Assembly (NCBI GenBank): GCA_002269645.1 | Contig: NIVC01001685.1 | Span: 157,198 to 221,197, forward strand | Direction: 5' to 3' | Length of the DNA: 64,000 nucleotides | DNA from: Macrostomum lignano | Taxonomy: Eukaryota | Shown: positions 55,755 through 64,000 of the stretch, in pieces | How positions within the stretch are numbered: position 1 is the first letter of the stretch | Layout: the number at the start of each line of letters is the position of its first letter | Position numbers and translations under genes: made by a program | Notes under the pieces: model-generated | What the model was told of the DNA's origin: nothing | Seen by the model: only the letters and a program-made list of their open reading frames with translations | The model's database searches: none

Positions 55755-57146
55755 TCAATAGGCAGCTCCTCCCCGACCCTGTGGACGGTTTCCATCAGCT
55801 GAATTCGCTGACGAGGACTCGGTAGATGACCGGCTGTCCGCATCATCGCCATCATTCTCGTCGTCCTCGCTAAAGAACACCAGCGGCATCTGCAGCAGGC
55901 GAGCCACTGTCATGCTCTGTCCGTGGCCGAGACCGTCAACATCTGGTTGCTCATGCTCATCATCCGATGCCGTTTCAGAAGAAGCTGACGCTGACGATGC
56001 AGAGTCAGAAGACATCGACGGAGGCGGCAGCGGCGGCGGCGGCGGAGGCGGCAGCGCGGCACCTGGCCAGAGCACATCAGCCACCGACTTGCAGTCTGAG
56101 TACAGCACGAAAGCAAAGGTGCACAGAGACTGGCGAATGAACCTGCGGTGACATCGCCAGCTGAGGCAGGGATAGGTCCGAGCGTCGGCTACAAGGTTGA
56201 GCAGCCGGGCGGAGCCGGGCAGGAGCAGCTGGTTGGGAGCTGCAGACGGCATGGCGCCTCGATGGTGCAACAGTCTGGCCACAGAAATCAGCTGACGCAT
56301 TGAAGCCGGACGCAGGGTGAGCAGCGGGTTAAACGAACTCGAAGAGGCAACAACTGGACCGGCGGTTGCGGCGGCAGCCTCGGCCCCGCCAATTCGCTGG
56401 TGCACATCGCGGATCAGCTGCCTGAGCCTTGCCAGCTGTGCGTCCCGATCGAGACAGTCGCCTGCCGGGGCATCGGCGCGAAACTGCCGGACCCGACAGC
56501 CGCAGGGACCGCGGCGGCGTGTTCGCTGTTGCTGCTGTTCGACAATGCCTCTTCGGCGTTTCGAATAACTATGCAGGCACCCGTCATCATCATCTGCTGC
56601 TGCTGATGAAGACCGACTTTGACGTCGTCCGGGATGCTCTTCTCCGCTGTTGCTGCTACTGCTACTCAGGTGACTGTCTGAGTCATCCGACTCGCTGTTC
56701 TGCATCCACCAGTCGGGAAGATGCGGCCGAATTCGCTCCAGCCGGCTTGACTTTCTACGCTTAGTCAACAACCGAGCTCGTTGACTGCCGGACAATGCCG
56801 GCTCCTCATCCGATGACGAGGCGGATGATGACGATGAAGACTCGGAAAAATTCGAACTCTTGTTTGAGGAGCAGACGTCTTTTTGTAATAGCGAGTCGAA
56901 ATAAGCCGACAACAGCTTCTCCTTGGCTGAGCGATAGGCCGGCCCGTTGCCGGCGCCCGAGCCGAGGAAGCCGCCAACCCCACCGCTCAGAAACTCGGAG
57001 TGCGTGTGCACCTGGCGCTGCGGTGGCGCGTCGCACGGATTCACCCCGCCTGAGAAGTCCGGCCCGAGAGAGAAGGGCGACCAAACTCGAACTGTGAGGT
57101 CAACGCCGGAGCTGGCGATCAGACCGAATCTGGGGCAGTACCGAAC
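55755..57146 (-). CDS. DCAF5: DCAF5/WDR22-like WD40 protein, coding exon 4 (last WD repeat plus long Ser/Asp/Pro-rich low-complexity tail)
   Basis: CCCCTGCAG| acceptor then VRYCPRFGLIASSGVDLTVRVWSP, resembling DCAF5 VRFNPHTYMICSSGVEKIIKIWSP as recalled. In frame with ORF 55755..57044 (1392 nt including TGA). The tail could contain unrecognised introns. Confidence 0.75.
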   Translation of the reverse strand, partial: VRYCPRFGLIASSGVDLTVRVWSPFSLGPDFSGGVNPCDAPPQRQVHTHSEFLSGGVGGFLGSGAGNGPAYRSAKEKLLSAYFDSLLQKDVCSSNKSSNFSESSSSSSASSSDEEPALSGSQRARLLTKRRKSSRLERIRPHLPDWWMQNSESDDSDSHLSSSSSNSGEEHPGRRQSRSSSAAADDDDGCLHSYSKRRRGIVEQQQQRTRRRGPCGCRVRQFRADAPAGDCLDRDAQLARLRQLIRDVHQRIGGAEAAAATAGPVVASSSSFNPLLTLRPASMRQLISVARLLHHRGAMPSAAPNQLLLPGSARLLNLVADARTYPCLSWRCHRRFIRQSLCTFAFVLYSDCKSVADVLWPGAALPPPPPPPLPPPSMSSDSASSASASSETASDDEHEQPDVDGLGHGQSMTVARLLQMPLVFFSEDDENDGDDADSRSSTESSSANSADGNRPQGRGGAAY

Positions 57147-57174
57147 CTGCAGGGGTTCGGAGTGGGTTCCATGT

Positions 57175-57560
57175 GATTATGAAATGGCGATTATGAAATG
57201 GTGAATAGGGATTCTGAGTTGGTTAAAGACGAATCTGAGATGGTTAAGGGCGATTTTGAGATGGTAACTGGAGATTCTGAGATGGTGAATGGCGATTCTG
57301 AGATGATAAAGGGCGATTCTGAGATGGTGAATGGCGATTTTGAGATGATAAAGGGCGTTTCTGAGATGGTGAAGGGCGATTCTGAGATGGTGAAGGGCGA
57401 TTCTGAGATGGTGAATGGCGATTCTGAGATAGTGAAGGGCGATTCTGAAATGATGAAGAGTGAATCTGAGATGGTGAAGGGCGATTCTGAGATGGTGAAG
57501 GGCGATTCTGAGATGTTGAAGGGCGATTCTGAGATGGTGACTGGCGATTCTGAGATGGCT
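57175..57560. repeat. 21-bp minisatellite (GATTCTGAGATGGTGAAGGGC), about 18 copies, in DCAF5-like intron 3
   Basis: Visible tandem repeat lying between donor (57648) and acceptor (57147). Its 7-codon period explains the three overlapping heptad ORFs in the track. Confidence 0.95.
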
Positions 57561-57648
57561 GAGAGCAATTCTTAGCAACGGTGGAGGGCACTGGTGAAAG
57601 GATGAAATGATACAGAGAAATTAACTTAGAAATTAAATAGAGCCAAAC

Positions 57649-58011
57649 CTGATTAACAATAGACTGATGCCCAGTCAGAGTCAGACAGGCCTTGTCAACC
57701 TGAGCCACTCCTCTACCGCGCACCGCATGATCTCTAATGGCCGGATTATCTAATCCGCTAGGCCGTTGCCATAGCAACGCCTGACAGGAATCGCTGCCCG
57801 TAGCTACAAAAGCGTCGTCAGGGCCGGCAAAGCAGCAGGACTTGCTGGTGCAGGAGCTGTAATAGTTGGCATCGTCGAATAAGGCGATCTGGCTGGCAGA
57901 GTCGAAGTCCCGCTGGTCCGGGGTTGTCAGGCTGTACAGAGATGGGCAGCGGCAATACGACCAGCGCTGAGGAGCCGGTCGAATCAAAGCAGGCGTTTAA
58001 TGAGCAGCTGT
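57649..58011 (-). CDS. DCAF5: DCAF5-like coding exon 3 (contains an apparent frameshift near 57950)
   Basis: CTTCCGCAG| acceptor, then SCSLNACFDSTGS in one frame and LY...DANYYSSCTSKSCCFAGPDDAFVATGSD...LTGHQSIVNQ in another (DCAF5: YFNSCTMKSCCFAG...GSDD...GHRSIVNQ). Donor CAG|GTTTGG. Confidence 0.8.
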
Positions 58012-58074
58012 CTGCGGAAGATGAGAATGATAGATGGTATTATAACTTGCTTAATTAGTGTCTAATGAATCGCA

Positions 58075-58172
58075 TAATTGGTGCCTAATTCGTGTCGAAT
58101 CGATCTCTAATCAGTGCCTAATTCAAGTCTAATCGATCTCTAATCAGTGCCTAATTCATGTCTAATCGATCA
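58075..58172. repeat. 33-bp tandem repeat (TAATCAGTGCCTAATTCAAGTCTAATCGATCTC), 3 copies, in DCAF5-like intron 2
   Basis: Copies start at 58075, 58108 and 58141. Confidence 0.9.
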
Positions 58173-58212
58173 ATGAATTACTGGGATGGGAATACCAAAC
58201 AAACAAACAAAC

Positions 58213-58725
58213 CTCCATTCCTAGCAGCGGCTCTTTCCACAATTTTACAAAGCTGCATCGGCTGTCTGACATCGACCAGACAGACCCCGGTGTCGGCGGT
58301 TGCCGCCATCACCAGGTGCTCGTCAGTTGGATGATAGGCTACACAGGTGGCCATCAGGCAGTCGGTGAGAATAGGCATAGCCGGAGGTCGCTCAGCAGCT
58401 CTGGTGTCGTACTGAATGACCCGGCCGTCGCTAAAAGCGGCAGCAAGCACAGCCGGGTTGCAGGGATGCGAGGACAGTCCCAGCACGGACCGGGTTCGAA
58501 CCATGCCCCTGATCAGCTGGCCAGTGCAGAGGTCGTGCAGGAAAATTATCCCATCATTTCCGGCTGAGATCAGCGAGCGAGATTGGCAGTCGAACTGCAG
58601 AGCGAATATGTTCGACATGTGTCGCTCCGACATGCGAGTTGGCGACGACTGGCTGCTGCTGCTGCTGTCGGCCACCAGAATGTCGCGCTCGATGTTCCAC
58701 AGAATGATTGAGGTGTCATCTCCGC
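58213..58725 (-). CDS. DCAF5: DCAF5-like coding exon 2 (WD40 repeats)
   Basis: CCCCCAG| acceptor gives G-G-D-D-T-S-I-I-L-W, then HMSNIFALQFD...SAGNDGIIFLHD...DGRVIQYDTR...GVCLVDVRQP, matching the DCAF5 pattern HHSNIFCLAF...SGGNDEQVILHD...DGRVLIWDIR...GVGLWDIRKP. 513 nt, phase 1-1, donor GAG|GTTTGT. Confidence 0.85.
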
Positions 58726-58737
58726 CTGGGGGAAGTT

Positions 58738-59455
58738 GGGGATGTAGGAATGAGGTGCAGGGTGGGGATGTAGGGATGAGGTGCAGGGTGGGGATGTAGG
58801 GATAGGGTGCAGGGTGGGGATGTAGGGATAGGGTGCAGGGTGGGGATGTAGGGATAGGGTGCAGGGTGGGGATGTAGGGATAGGGTGCAGGGTGGGGATG
58901 TAGGGATAGGTGCAGGGTGGGGATGTAGGGATGAGGTGCAGGGTGGGGATGTAGGGATGAGGTGCAGGGTGGGGATGTAGGGATAGGTGCAGGGTGGGGA
59001 TGTAGGGATAGGGTGCAGGGTGGGGATGTAGGGATAGGGTGCAGGGTGGGGATGTAGGGATAGGGTGCAGGGTGGGGATGTAGGGATAGGGTGCAGGGTG
59101 GGGATGTAGGGATAGGGTGCAGGGTGGGGATGTAGGGATAGGGTGCAGGGTGGGGATGTAGGGATGAGGTGCAGGGTGGGGATGTAGGGATAGGGTGCAG
59201 GGTGGGGATGTAGGGATGAGGTGCAGGGTGGGGATGTAGGGATGAGGTGCAGGGTGGGGATGTAGGGATAGGGTGCAGGGTGGGGATGTAGGGATAGGGT
59301 GCAGGGTGGGGATGTAGGGATAGGGTGCAGGGTGGGGATGTAGGGATAGGGTGCAGGGTGGGGATGTAGGGATAGGGTGCAGGGTGGGGATGTAGGGATG
59401 AGGTGCAGGGTGGGGATGTAGGGATAGGGTGCAGGGTGGGGATGTAGGGATAGGC
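58738..59455. repeat. 26-bp G-rich minisatellite (GGGTGCAGGGTGGGGATGTAGGGATA), about 27 copies, in DCAF5-like intron 1
   Basis: Visible tandem repeat with GAGG and 25-bp variants. Four G-runs of 3 or more per canonical unit. Confidence 0.97.
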
Positions 59456-59595
59456 TTAGTCACTGTGTAGTAAGATGAAGGTTTAGTATTTGTGCGAGAT
59501 CAAGATTAAATTCTAGACTAAGACAAGAGTTAAGAATTAAAGCTTGTACTGTAGGGTTGGGGTGAAGGGTCATTAAAAATATTATAAGCACTTAC

Positions 59596-59782
59596 CACTA
59601 GCAAGAAATTCATTTTTGCTGTCAAACTCGATAGCATTGACTGAACCAGTGTGCTGACTAAGTGATTTGACATATAAATGGCTGCTGGATCGTAGCTTGT
59701 TTCTAAGAAATATTTTGCCGTATTGACTTGGCTCATATTTTCTTAGATCTTTATTGAATTGCAAGTCCTTTGGTGTCAACAT
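59596..59782 (-). CDS. DCAF5: DCAF5-like coding exon 1
   Basis: ATG at 59782; RNKLRSSSHLYVKSLSQHTGSVNAIEF resembles DCAF5 RRRLRGCRNLYKKDLLGHFGCVNAIEF. Strong phase-1 donor AGTG|GTAAGT joins in frame to exon 2 (FLASGGDD). Confidence 0.85.
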
Positions 59783-59797
59783 GTTGCAAAATCAAAG

Positions 59798-59806
59798 CTG
59801 AAATTA
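59798..59806 (-). promoter_or_regulatory. Splice-acceptor-like site 15 nt upstream of the DCAF5-like ATG (5' UTR intron or trans-splice acceptor)
   Basis: Minus strand reads TATAATTTCAG|CTTTGATTTTGCAACATG. Confidence 0.45.
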
Positions 59807-60007
59807 TAAGATTATATGATATCCTTCAGTTTTGATGCAATTATTTAACTAATAAAGCTATATATTCTATACTTGAGGTAGTGCACCTTTGCTATAACAC
59901 CCGGGTGCGCTACATACCAGGGAACTGGTATGACAAAACGTTGTGTATTTAAGAATGTGTTACAGTTAGTCACTTAGAACTAAATTATCTTATAGTTCAT
60001 TGTATTA

Positions 60008-60480
60008 TTATACTTCACTACCAGCTTCAATAACTGTTCAGACGACTTCTGAATGCAGAGCATATGCACTAGACAAAGTCTCAAGGCATTGCCTGCCACT
60101 TCTGCTGAACAAAGCATCGCAGAACCGCAACATTTTCATGGCGTCTAGCATAGGCCCTGGCTTTGAGGTGCAGCCATATGCCATGGTCCAGTGGTAAGAG
60201 GTCTGGTGAGTGTGGTGGCCACAAATCCTTTGGCCAGAAGTCTGGTGCCTCAGCTCTTAAGAACTCTTGGGTCGCGCACGCAGTGTGAGCCGGAGCTCCA
60301 TCCTGATGCCAGATGGAGCCCATGGAAGGATGTGCCAATGCAAAATATCCACATACTTAGCAGCATTGAATCGTTTACCTTGATCGAGGAAGATTGGTGG
60401 AGCAACTTGACCGTCGATGGCAACCACACTAAGAAGTTGCAGCCCATTGCATTGCTGTACTTTGTTTTCTCAACAGCTTT
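60008..60480 (-). pseudogene. Decayed Tc1/mariner transposase, DD37D (maT-type) catalytic C-terminus
   Basis: VVAIDGQVAPPIFLDQGKRFNAAKYVDILHWHILPW / WHQDGAPAH...WPPHSPDLLPLDHGIW / W.AM...AFRSRL...VIEAG. 37 residues lie between the QD and PLD aspartates. In-frame stops and frameshifts present; no TIRs identified. Confidence 0.85.
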
Positions 60481-61985
60481 GATACTCTAGCCAGCTTTAA
60501 CCACTTTGTAGCATAAACAGTTTTTTTTGAGACTCCAAGAGATTTTGAAATTTGAGTTGGTGTTTCCACAGTTGATAAGTTCAACTATAGCAATACATTT
60601 GTGTTCCATTGTTAAATTGCAAGTGAATAGGAAGTTGTTTATGAACTATAAGCAGAAAAAATCTGGCAAAATTTAGATTATTTTGAATTTTTTATTAGCT
60701 TTTAGTTTTTCTGTTTTAGTATGTTAATTACATAGATTTTAAATATTTTTCCCTGGTAACTGATGCACTCAGTAGTAATACGGTACTTGTTTTATATTCT
60801 TTTTATAGTGCCACATTTATAGCCTGCTATTTTGTAGAAAATACTGTATTTGAATTATTGCTAAAATTATAAATATCTTGAAAAATCAAGATAAATATCT
60901 TGAAATAACATGGTATATCTATTGTTCTTTGGAAAGTTAATCAAATTCACTACTTGCAGTTTTCAAAGATTGTTCATTTCCTTAGAAACCCATTGGGAGA
61001 ACTAAGAACAGTTAAAAAAACAAGATATATCTTAGTATTCTGAAGTAATTTGCCTTAGAGCAGTATAAATTGCCTTAACACAATATGAGCAGTATGATCC
61101 CAGGAATGCCTAGTCTAAGATAAATCCCTTTAAAGGAATATATTAGAGCTATAGCAATAGGGTAAACAGTGACAATGACTGCTCTGACCAGGAAATAGTA
61201 CATATGCTACCAGTAGATAAGTATACATTACCAGTACTACATTAATGCACTACTAATAGGCCTACCTAATATCTGTATATATATGAAACACCAATAAAAA
61301 TACATAAGTAGTAAGAATGTTACTTAGTAACCATTGTAATAGCATGGTGCAGCAGTAAAATTAAATCATAATAGAAGAGAAACGGAGCAACATGGAAACG
61401 GAGCAACATTGTAACAGGTAACATTTGAAGACGTATGTTCTTAGAAAACTAGACAATTGAATAGACACTTAGTTAAAACAAAAGTAGGCATAGCACGATG
61501 ATTTTAAAAGCGATAAAATTGTTTTTTCGGTTACTAATATAGGTTTTTTAATGCCATAAAAATTTTTATTTTTTATTTTTATTTTGTTGTTTATTTGTTT
61601 TTGTTTAGTGCAGCTGGTTTTTTAGTTAATTTTATGCAAGGTTAATTTCAGTGATGTGTACAGTGTATGTACAGTTACCGTTGCTACCGTTGAATTAACC
61701 TTGTTTTGTTTCCTATTTTCTATATTCGAGGGTATAATCCTACGTGTAACTCGCTCGACTCTTACTTATATTTCGATGACACCTTAACGCATTTTTTCGC
61801 TTGGCAAGTTGTGTCGTCCGACCGGACGTAGCTTGGTTGGGTGTTAAACCAGTGGGGTGTGGCTCTTGGGCGTTGGTGCGGGGGTGGTGGGCCGGGCCTT
61901 GGTCACGTGCCCGCGGCTTGAGTGGCATTTATTTAATGCGATGCGGGCTGTCGCTGACCCGCCAAGCGCGTATTGATTTTTTGCA

Positions 61986-63118
61986 ATGGCTGACCGTGAC
62001 AAACTTATGCACCTGAGCAAGGTGGCTCTGCAAGCCTTGTGTGCCCACGCTAACATAAGCAGTCGGGGCAAAAAGGCCGACCTAGTCAGCGCTTTGCTCG
62101 CAGCCCCAGACCAGTCGTGGACAGATTCGCTATTGCAGAACATGGAGCAATATGAGCAAGAAGCCGATGCAGACAACATCAGTACGGAGGCGGCTCGGGA
62201 GTCGGCGGCGGGCCTGGACGAGAACATCGCGAAGGCAGAAAAGGAGATCATGCAGACTGTTGCAACTACGCAAGGAAGCCGCTCAACTCAAGAGGAAGAT
62301 CGGAGATCTGCAGCGCAAGTGTCCATGATCCACGCGTCCTATGAATCGCGGTGAGTGTGCCAAGCCTGCTGGCCCCAGTTACTTTCCTGATGGGTGCGAT
62401 GATGCTGGATTAGACCAGGAAGATAATGGCAATGAGCTGCTCGATAGATTTTTGTCATGGAACAGAGCCAATGAACGGATGGAGTGTTCTGGTACGAGCC
62501 GTAGACGTAAGGCTCTCCTGATTCGTGATTTCCTCGACGGCTTTGAGCAGGAAGAGGTGCTGGCTAATGGTTCTGGTGGCCGAATCACTTACAAGAGCAG
62601 AAAACCTAATCCAGATAGCATCACAGCAGCGCAGTATTTGGTAGGCAATTGCAGGCTGATGATGCAGATGATCAAGGATGGTGCCCTGGTGACTAGTAGA
62701 AATGGAACCGTCGACACGACTGATTTGATGAATTACCTACGCTACTCAATACAGAGTGGCGAGCTGTTTAATGCGGGCTTCGGCCTTGCGCAGGTGAACC
62801 GTTTTGACGAGGACTACCGCACTAGGCAAGCTGAAACTGGCATGCGATGGGGCAAGGAGTCTTTCCAACTCGTTGCTAAGCACTTAATCAGAACTGGAAC
62901 TCCAGCAAACCATGGAAGTCAGCAAGTCATTGCCCCAGCCACGGCAGCAGCGTTTTCAAAAACCAATAGACCCCAAGAGCCTCAGAACGCCAGACGGGGA
63001 AGAGATCTGCTTGCACTTTAATCGCCGGGGGTGCTTCCGGTCGAGCTGCAAATTCCGGCACGTCTGCCGCATCTGTTTTGAGGCCCACCCTGAGGCCAAC
63101 CATTCAACAAAAAACTGA
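61986..63118 (+). pseudogene. ORF1 (gag-like): SAP-like N-terminus, coiled coil, C-terminal CCCH zinc finger; disrupted
   Basis: LSKVALQALCAHANISSRGKKADLVSALL (SAP-like). Frameshift near 62255 into LLQLRKEAAQLKRKIGDLQRK, TGA at 62326-62328 in frame with ORF 62341, and a second frameshift near 62900 into TPDGEEICLHFNRRGCFRSSCKFRHVCRICFEAH. Confidence 0.7.
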
Positions 63119-63126
63119 ACTCTGCG

Positions 63127-64000
63127 ATGCTCTGTTTTAATCCTAAATGTTTGCCTAATGCTCAGCCTGTTTTAAATTTTAACAATCCTGTCGTTGGCAG
63201 TGCAGGGGTCACCTGCGTCTTTGATCGTGGGATTCTGAACTTGAGAAATGACCCTGATCGGGATTTTATCCTAGACGGCATCGCAAATGGTTTTCGCATT
63301 ACTGATGGAAAATGGCTTTATGAGACTTTTAATGCCAATTACATGTCTACTTCTGCTTTTCATCGCGCTGTTGAGCTGCAAATTAAGGAAGAGATTGAGA
63401 ATGGCAGGTACTTGGTTGTGCATAAGAAGCCTACGATGATCAGCCCTCTGGGAGCTATTCCCAAGGATAACGGGAAGATTAGACTTATTCATGACTGCAG
63501 CACGCCTCCGGGCTACTAGGTAAATGACAATTATACGAAGAAGCTGAGCCCCAGGTTTGAGTCCGTCAAGAAGGTTGCAGCCTCTATCGGCAAGGGCTGG
63601 TTCATGGCGAAGCTTGATTTGTCGCAAGCTTACAGAAGTGTGGCGATCCATCCGGACACTATGCACCCTTCCCATATGATTCACGCAGGAATCCCGGCAT
63701 GGCCACGAGTGTCTTCCCATGCGACATGCAGGCACACGCCGCGTGCCTCCATGTCGCATGGGAAGACATGCGTGCACACACGACGGGAAAACGCGTCTCC
63801 CCGTGAAGTTCTCTCGCGTGAACATGTTGGATGATTACCAGACGACCGGCATTGGTTGGTGCTTTAAAGGCAACCGTGATCTGACATGGCTTGTCGACAC
63901 CCGGCTACCCTTTGGTAGCTGCGCCTCGGTCGAGATCTTCTACCGGCTTACTCAAGCGGTCAAGAGGATGATTGGTGCGACGCGGCGTGGCTACTATTTC
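63127..64000 (+). pseudogene. Reverse transcriptase of the Ngaro/DIRS-like element, disrupted by a TAG stop and an insertion
   Basis: FILDGIANGFRI...ISPLGAIPKDNGKIRLIHD; TAG at 63517-63519; MAKLDLSQAYRSVAIHPD [insertion] DYQTTGIGW...LVDTRLPFGSCASVEIFYRLTQAVKRM. Confidence 0.85.
63657..63829. mobile_element. 172-173-bp foldback/MITE-like insertion inside the RT
   Basis: Flanked by (G)GA duplication at 63654-63656 and 63829-63831. Removal restores CAT CCG GAT GAT TAC (HPDDY) in frame. Perfect 19-bp internal inverted repeat at 63710-63728 and 63750-63768. Confidence 0.8.

Larger units (their letters stand above)
61986..64000 (+). mobile_element. Decayed tyrosine-recombinase-class (DIRS order, Ngaro-like) retrotransposon, truncated by the window end
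   Basis: Gag-like ORF1 ending in a CCCH/CCH finger, directly followed by an RT with RLIHDCSTPPGY*VND, KLDLSQAYRSVAIHPD and DTRLPFG motifs typical of Ngaro/DIRS RTs. RNase H, YR and terminal repeats are not visible in this window. Confidence 0.8.

Noticed and set aside
55910-57204. Plus-strand and alternative-frame ORFs over DCAF5-like exon 4
   Set aside because: Shadow ORFs of GC-rich, trinucleotide-repeat-rich coding sequence.
57190-57560. Common origin of the 21-bp intronic repeat and the large satellite (shared GAGATG)
   Set aside because: Only a 6-bp match; the rest of the units do not align.
57177-57578. Heptad-repeat (HLRIALH, ISESPFT, GDSEMVK) leucine-zipper-like proteins
   Set aside because: All three come from a 21-bp minisatellite bounded by good splice sites that join conserved WD40 sequence (IVNQ|VRY) without it.
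58570-59463. 297-aa Pro/His-rich ORF
   Set aside because: Translation of the 26-bp intronic minisatellite; the conserved frame splices around it (FLASG|GDD).
59893-59906. CACCCGGGTG as the TIR of the DD37D element
   Set aside because: A short palindrome without a TA-flanked terminus or a partner end.
63271-63825. Minus-strand 184-aa ORF as an overlapping retroelement gene
   Set aside because: It starts inside the secondary insertion and runs antisense to the RT with no YR or other motif.

Overview
Eukaryotic (metazoan) genomic DNA; no prokaryotic genes, rRNA, tRNA or CRISPR are supported. Bases 1-51,875 are one uninterrupted, purine-rich satellite array of roughly 2,200 monomers (estimated from length; consensus GAGATGAGACACGGGAGAGTTACA, 24 bp, with 23-, 22- and 27-bp variants). 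All ORF-track calls in this span are by-products of the repeat. The array changes along its length. The left part is a patchy mix of 23- and 24-bp monomers. Substitution variants accumulate from about 29 kb. The last 5-7 kb form a nearly indel-free block with ordered variants and a 339-bp higher-order duplication, ending abruptly against unique DNA. The remaining 12 kb hold four main elements: (i) a syndecan TM/cytoplasmic exon (+, ends EFYA) with only a 23-residue SGSG-bearing ectodomain visible; (ii) a convergent 4-coding-exon DCAF5/WDR22-like WD40 gene (-) with one apparent frameshift and a different minisatellite in each intron, one of them a dense G-quadruplex array; (iii) a decayed DD37D (maT-type Tc1/mariner) transposase; (iv) a decayed Ngaro/DIRS-type retrotransposon (SAP + coiled-coil + CCCH gag-like ORF, then RT) whose RT is interrupted by a 172-173-bp foldback insertion that excises cleanly on paper. 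The style (GC-rich exons, minisatellite-filled introns) suggests an invertebrate such as a Macrostomum-like flatworm, but the species cannot be confirmed from the sequence alone. All homology calls come from recalled motifs, not database searches.
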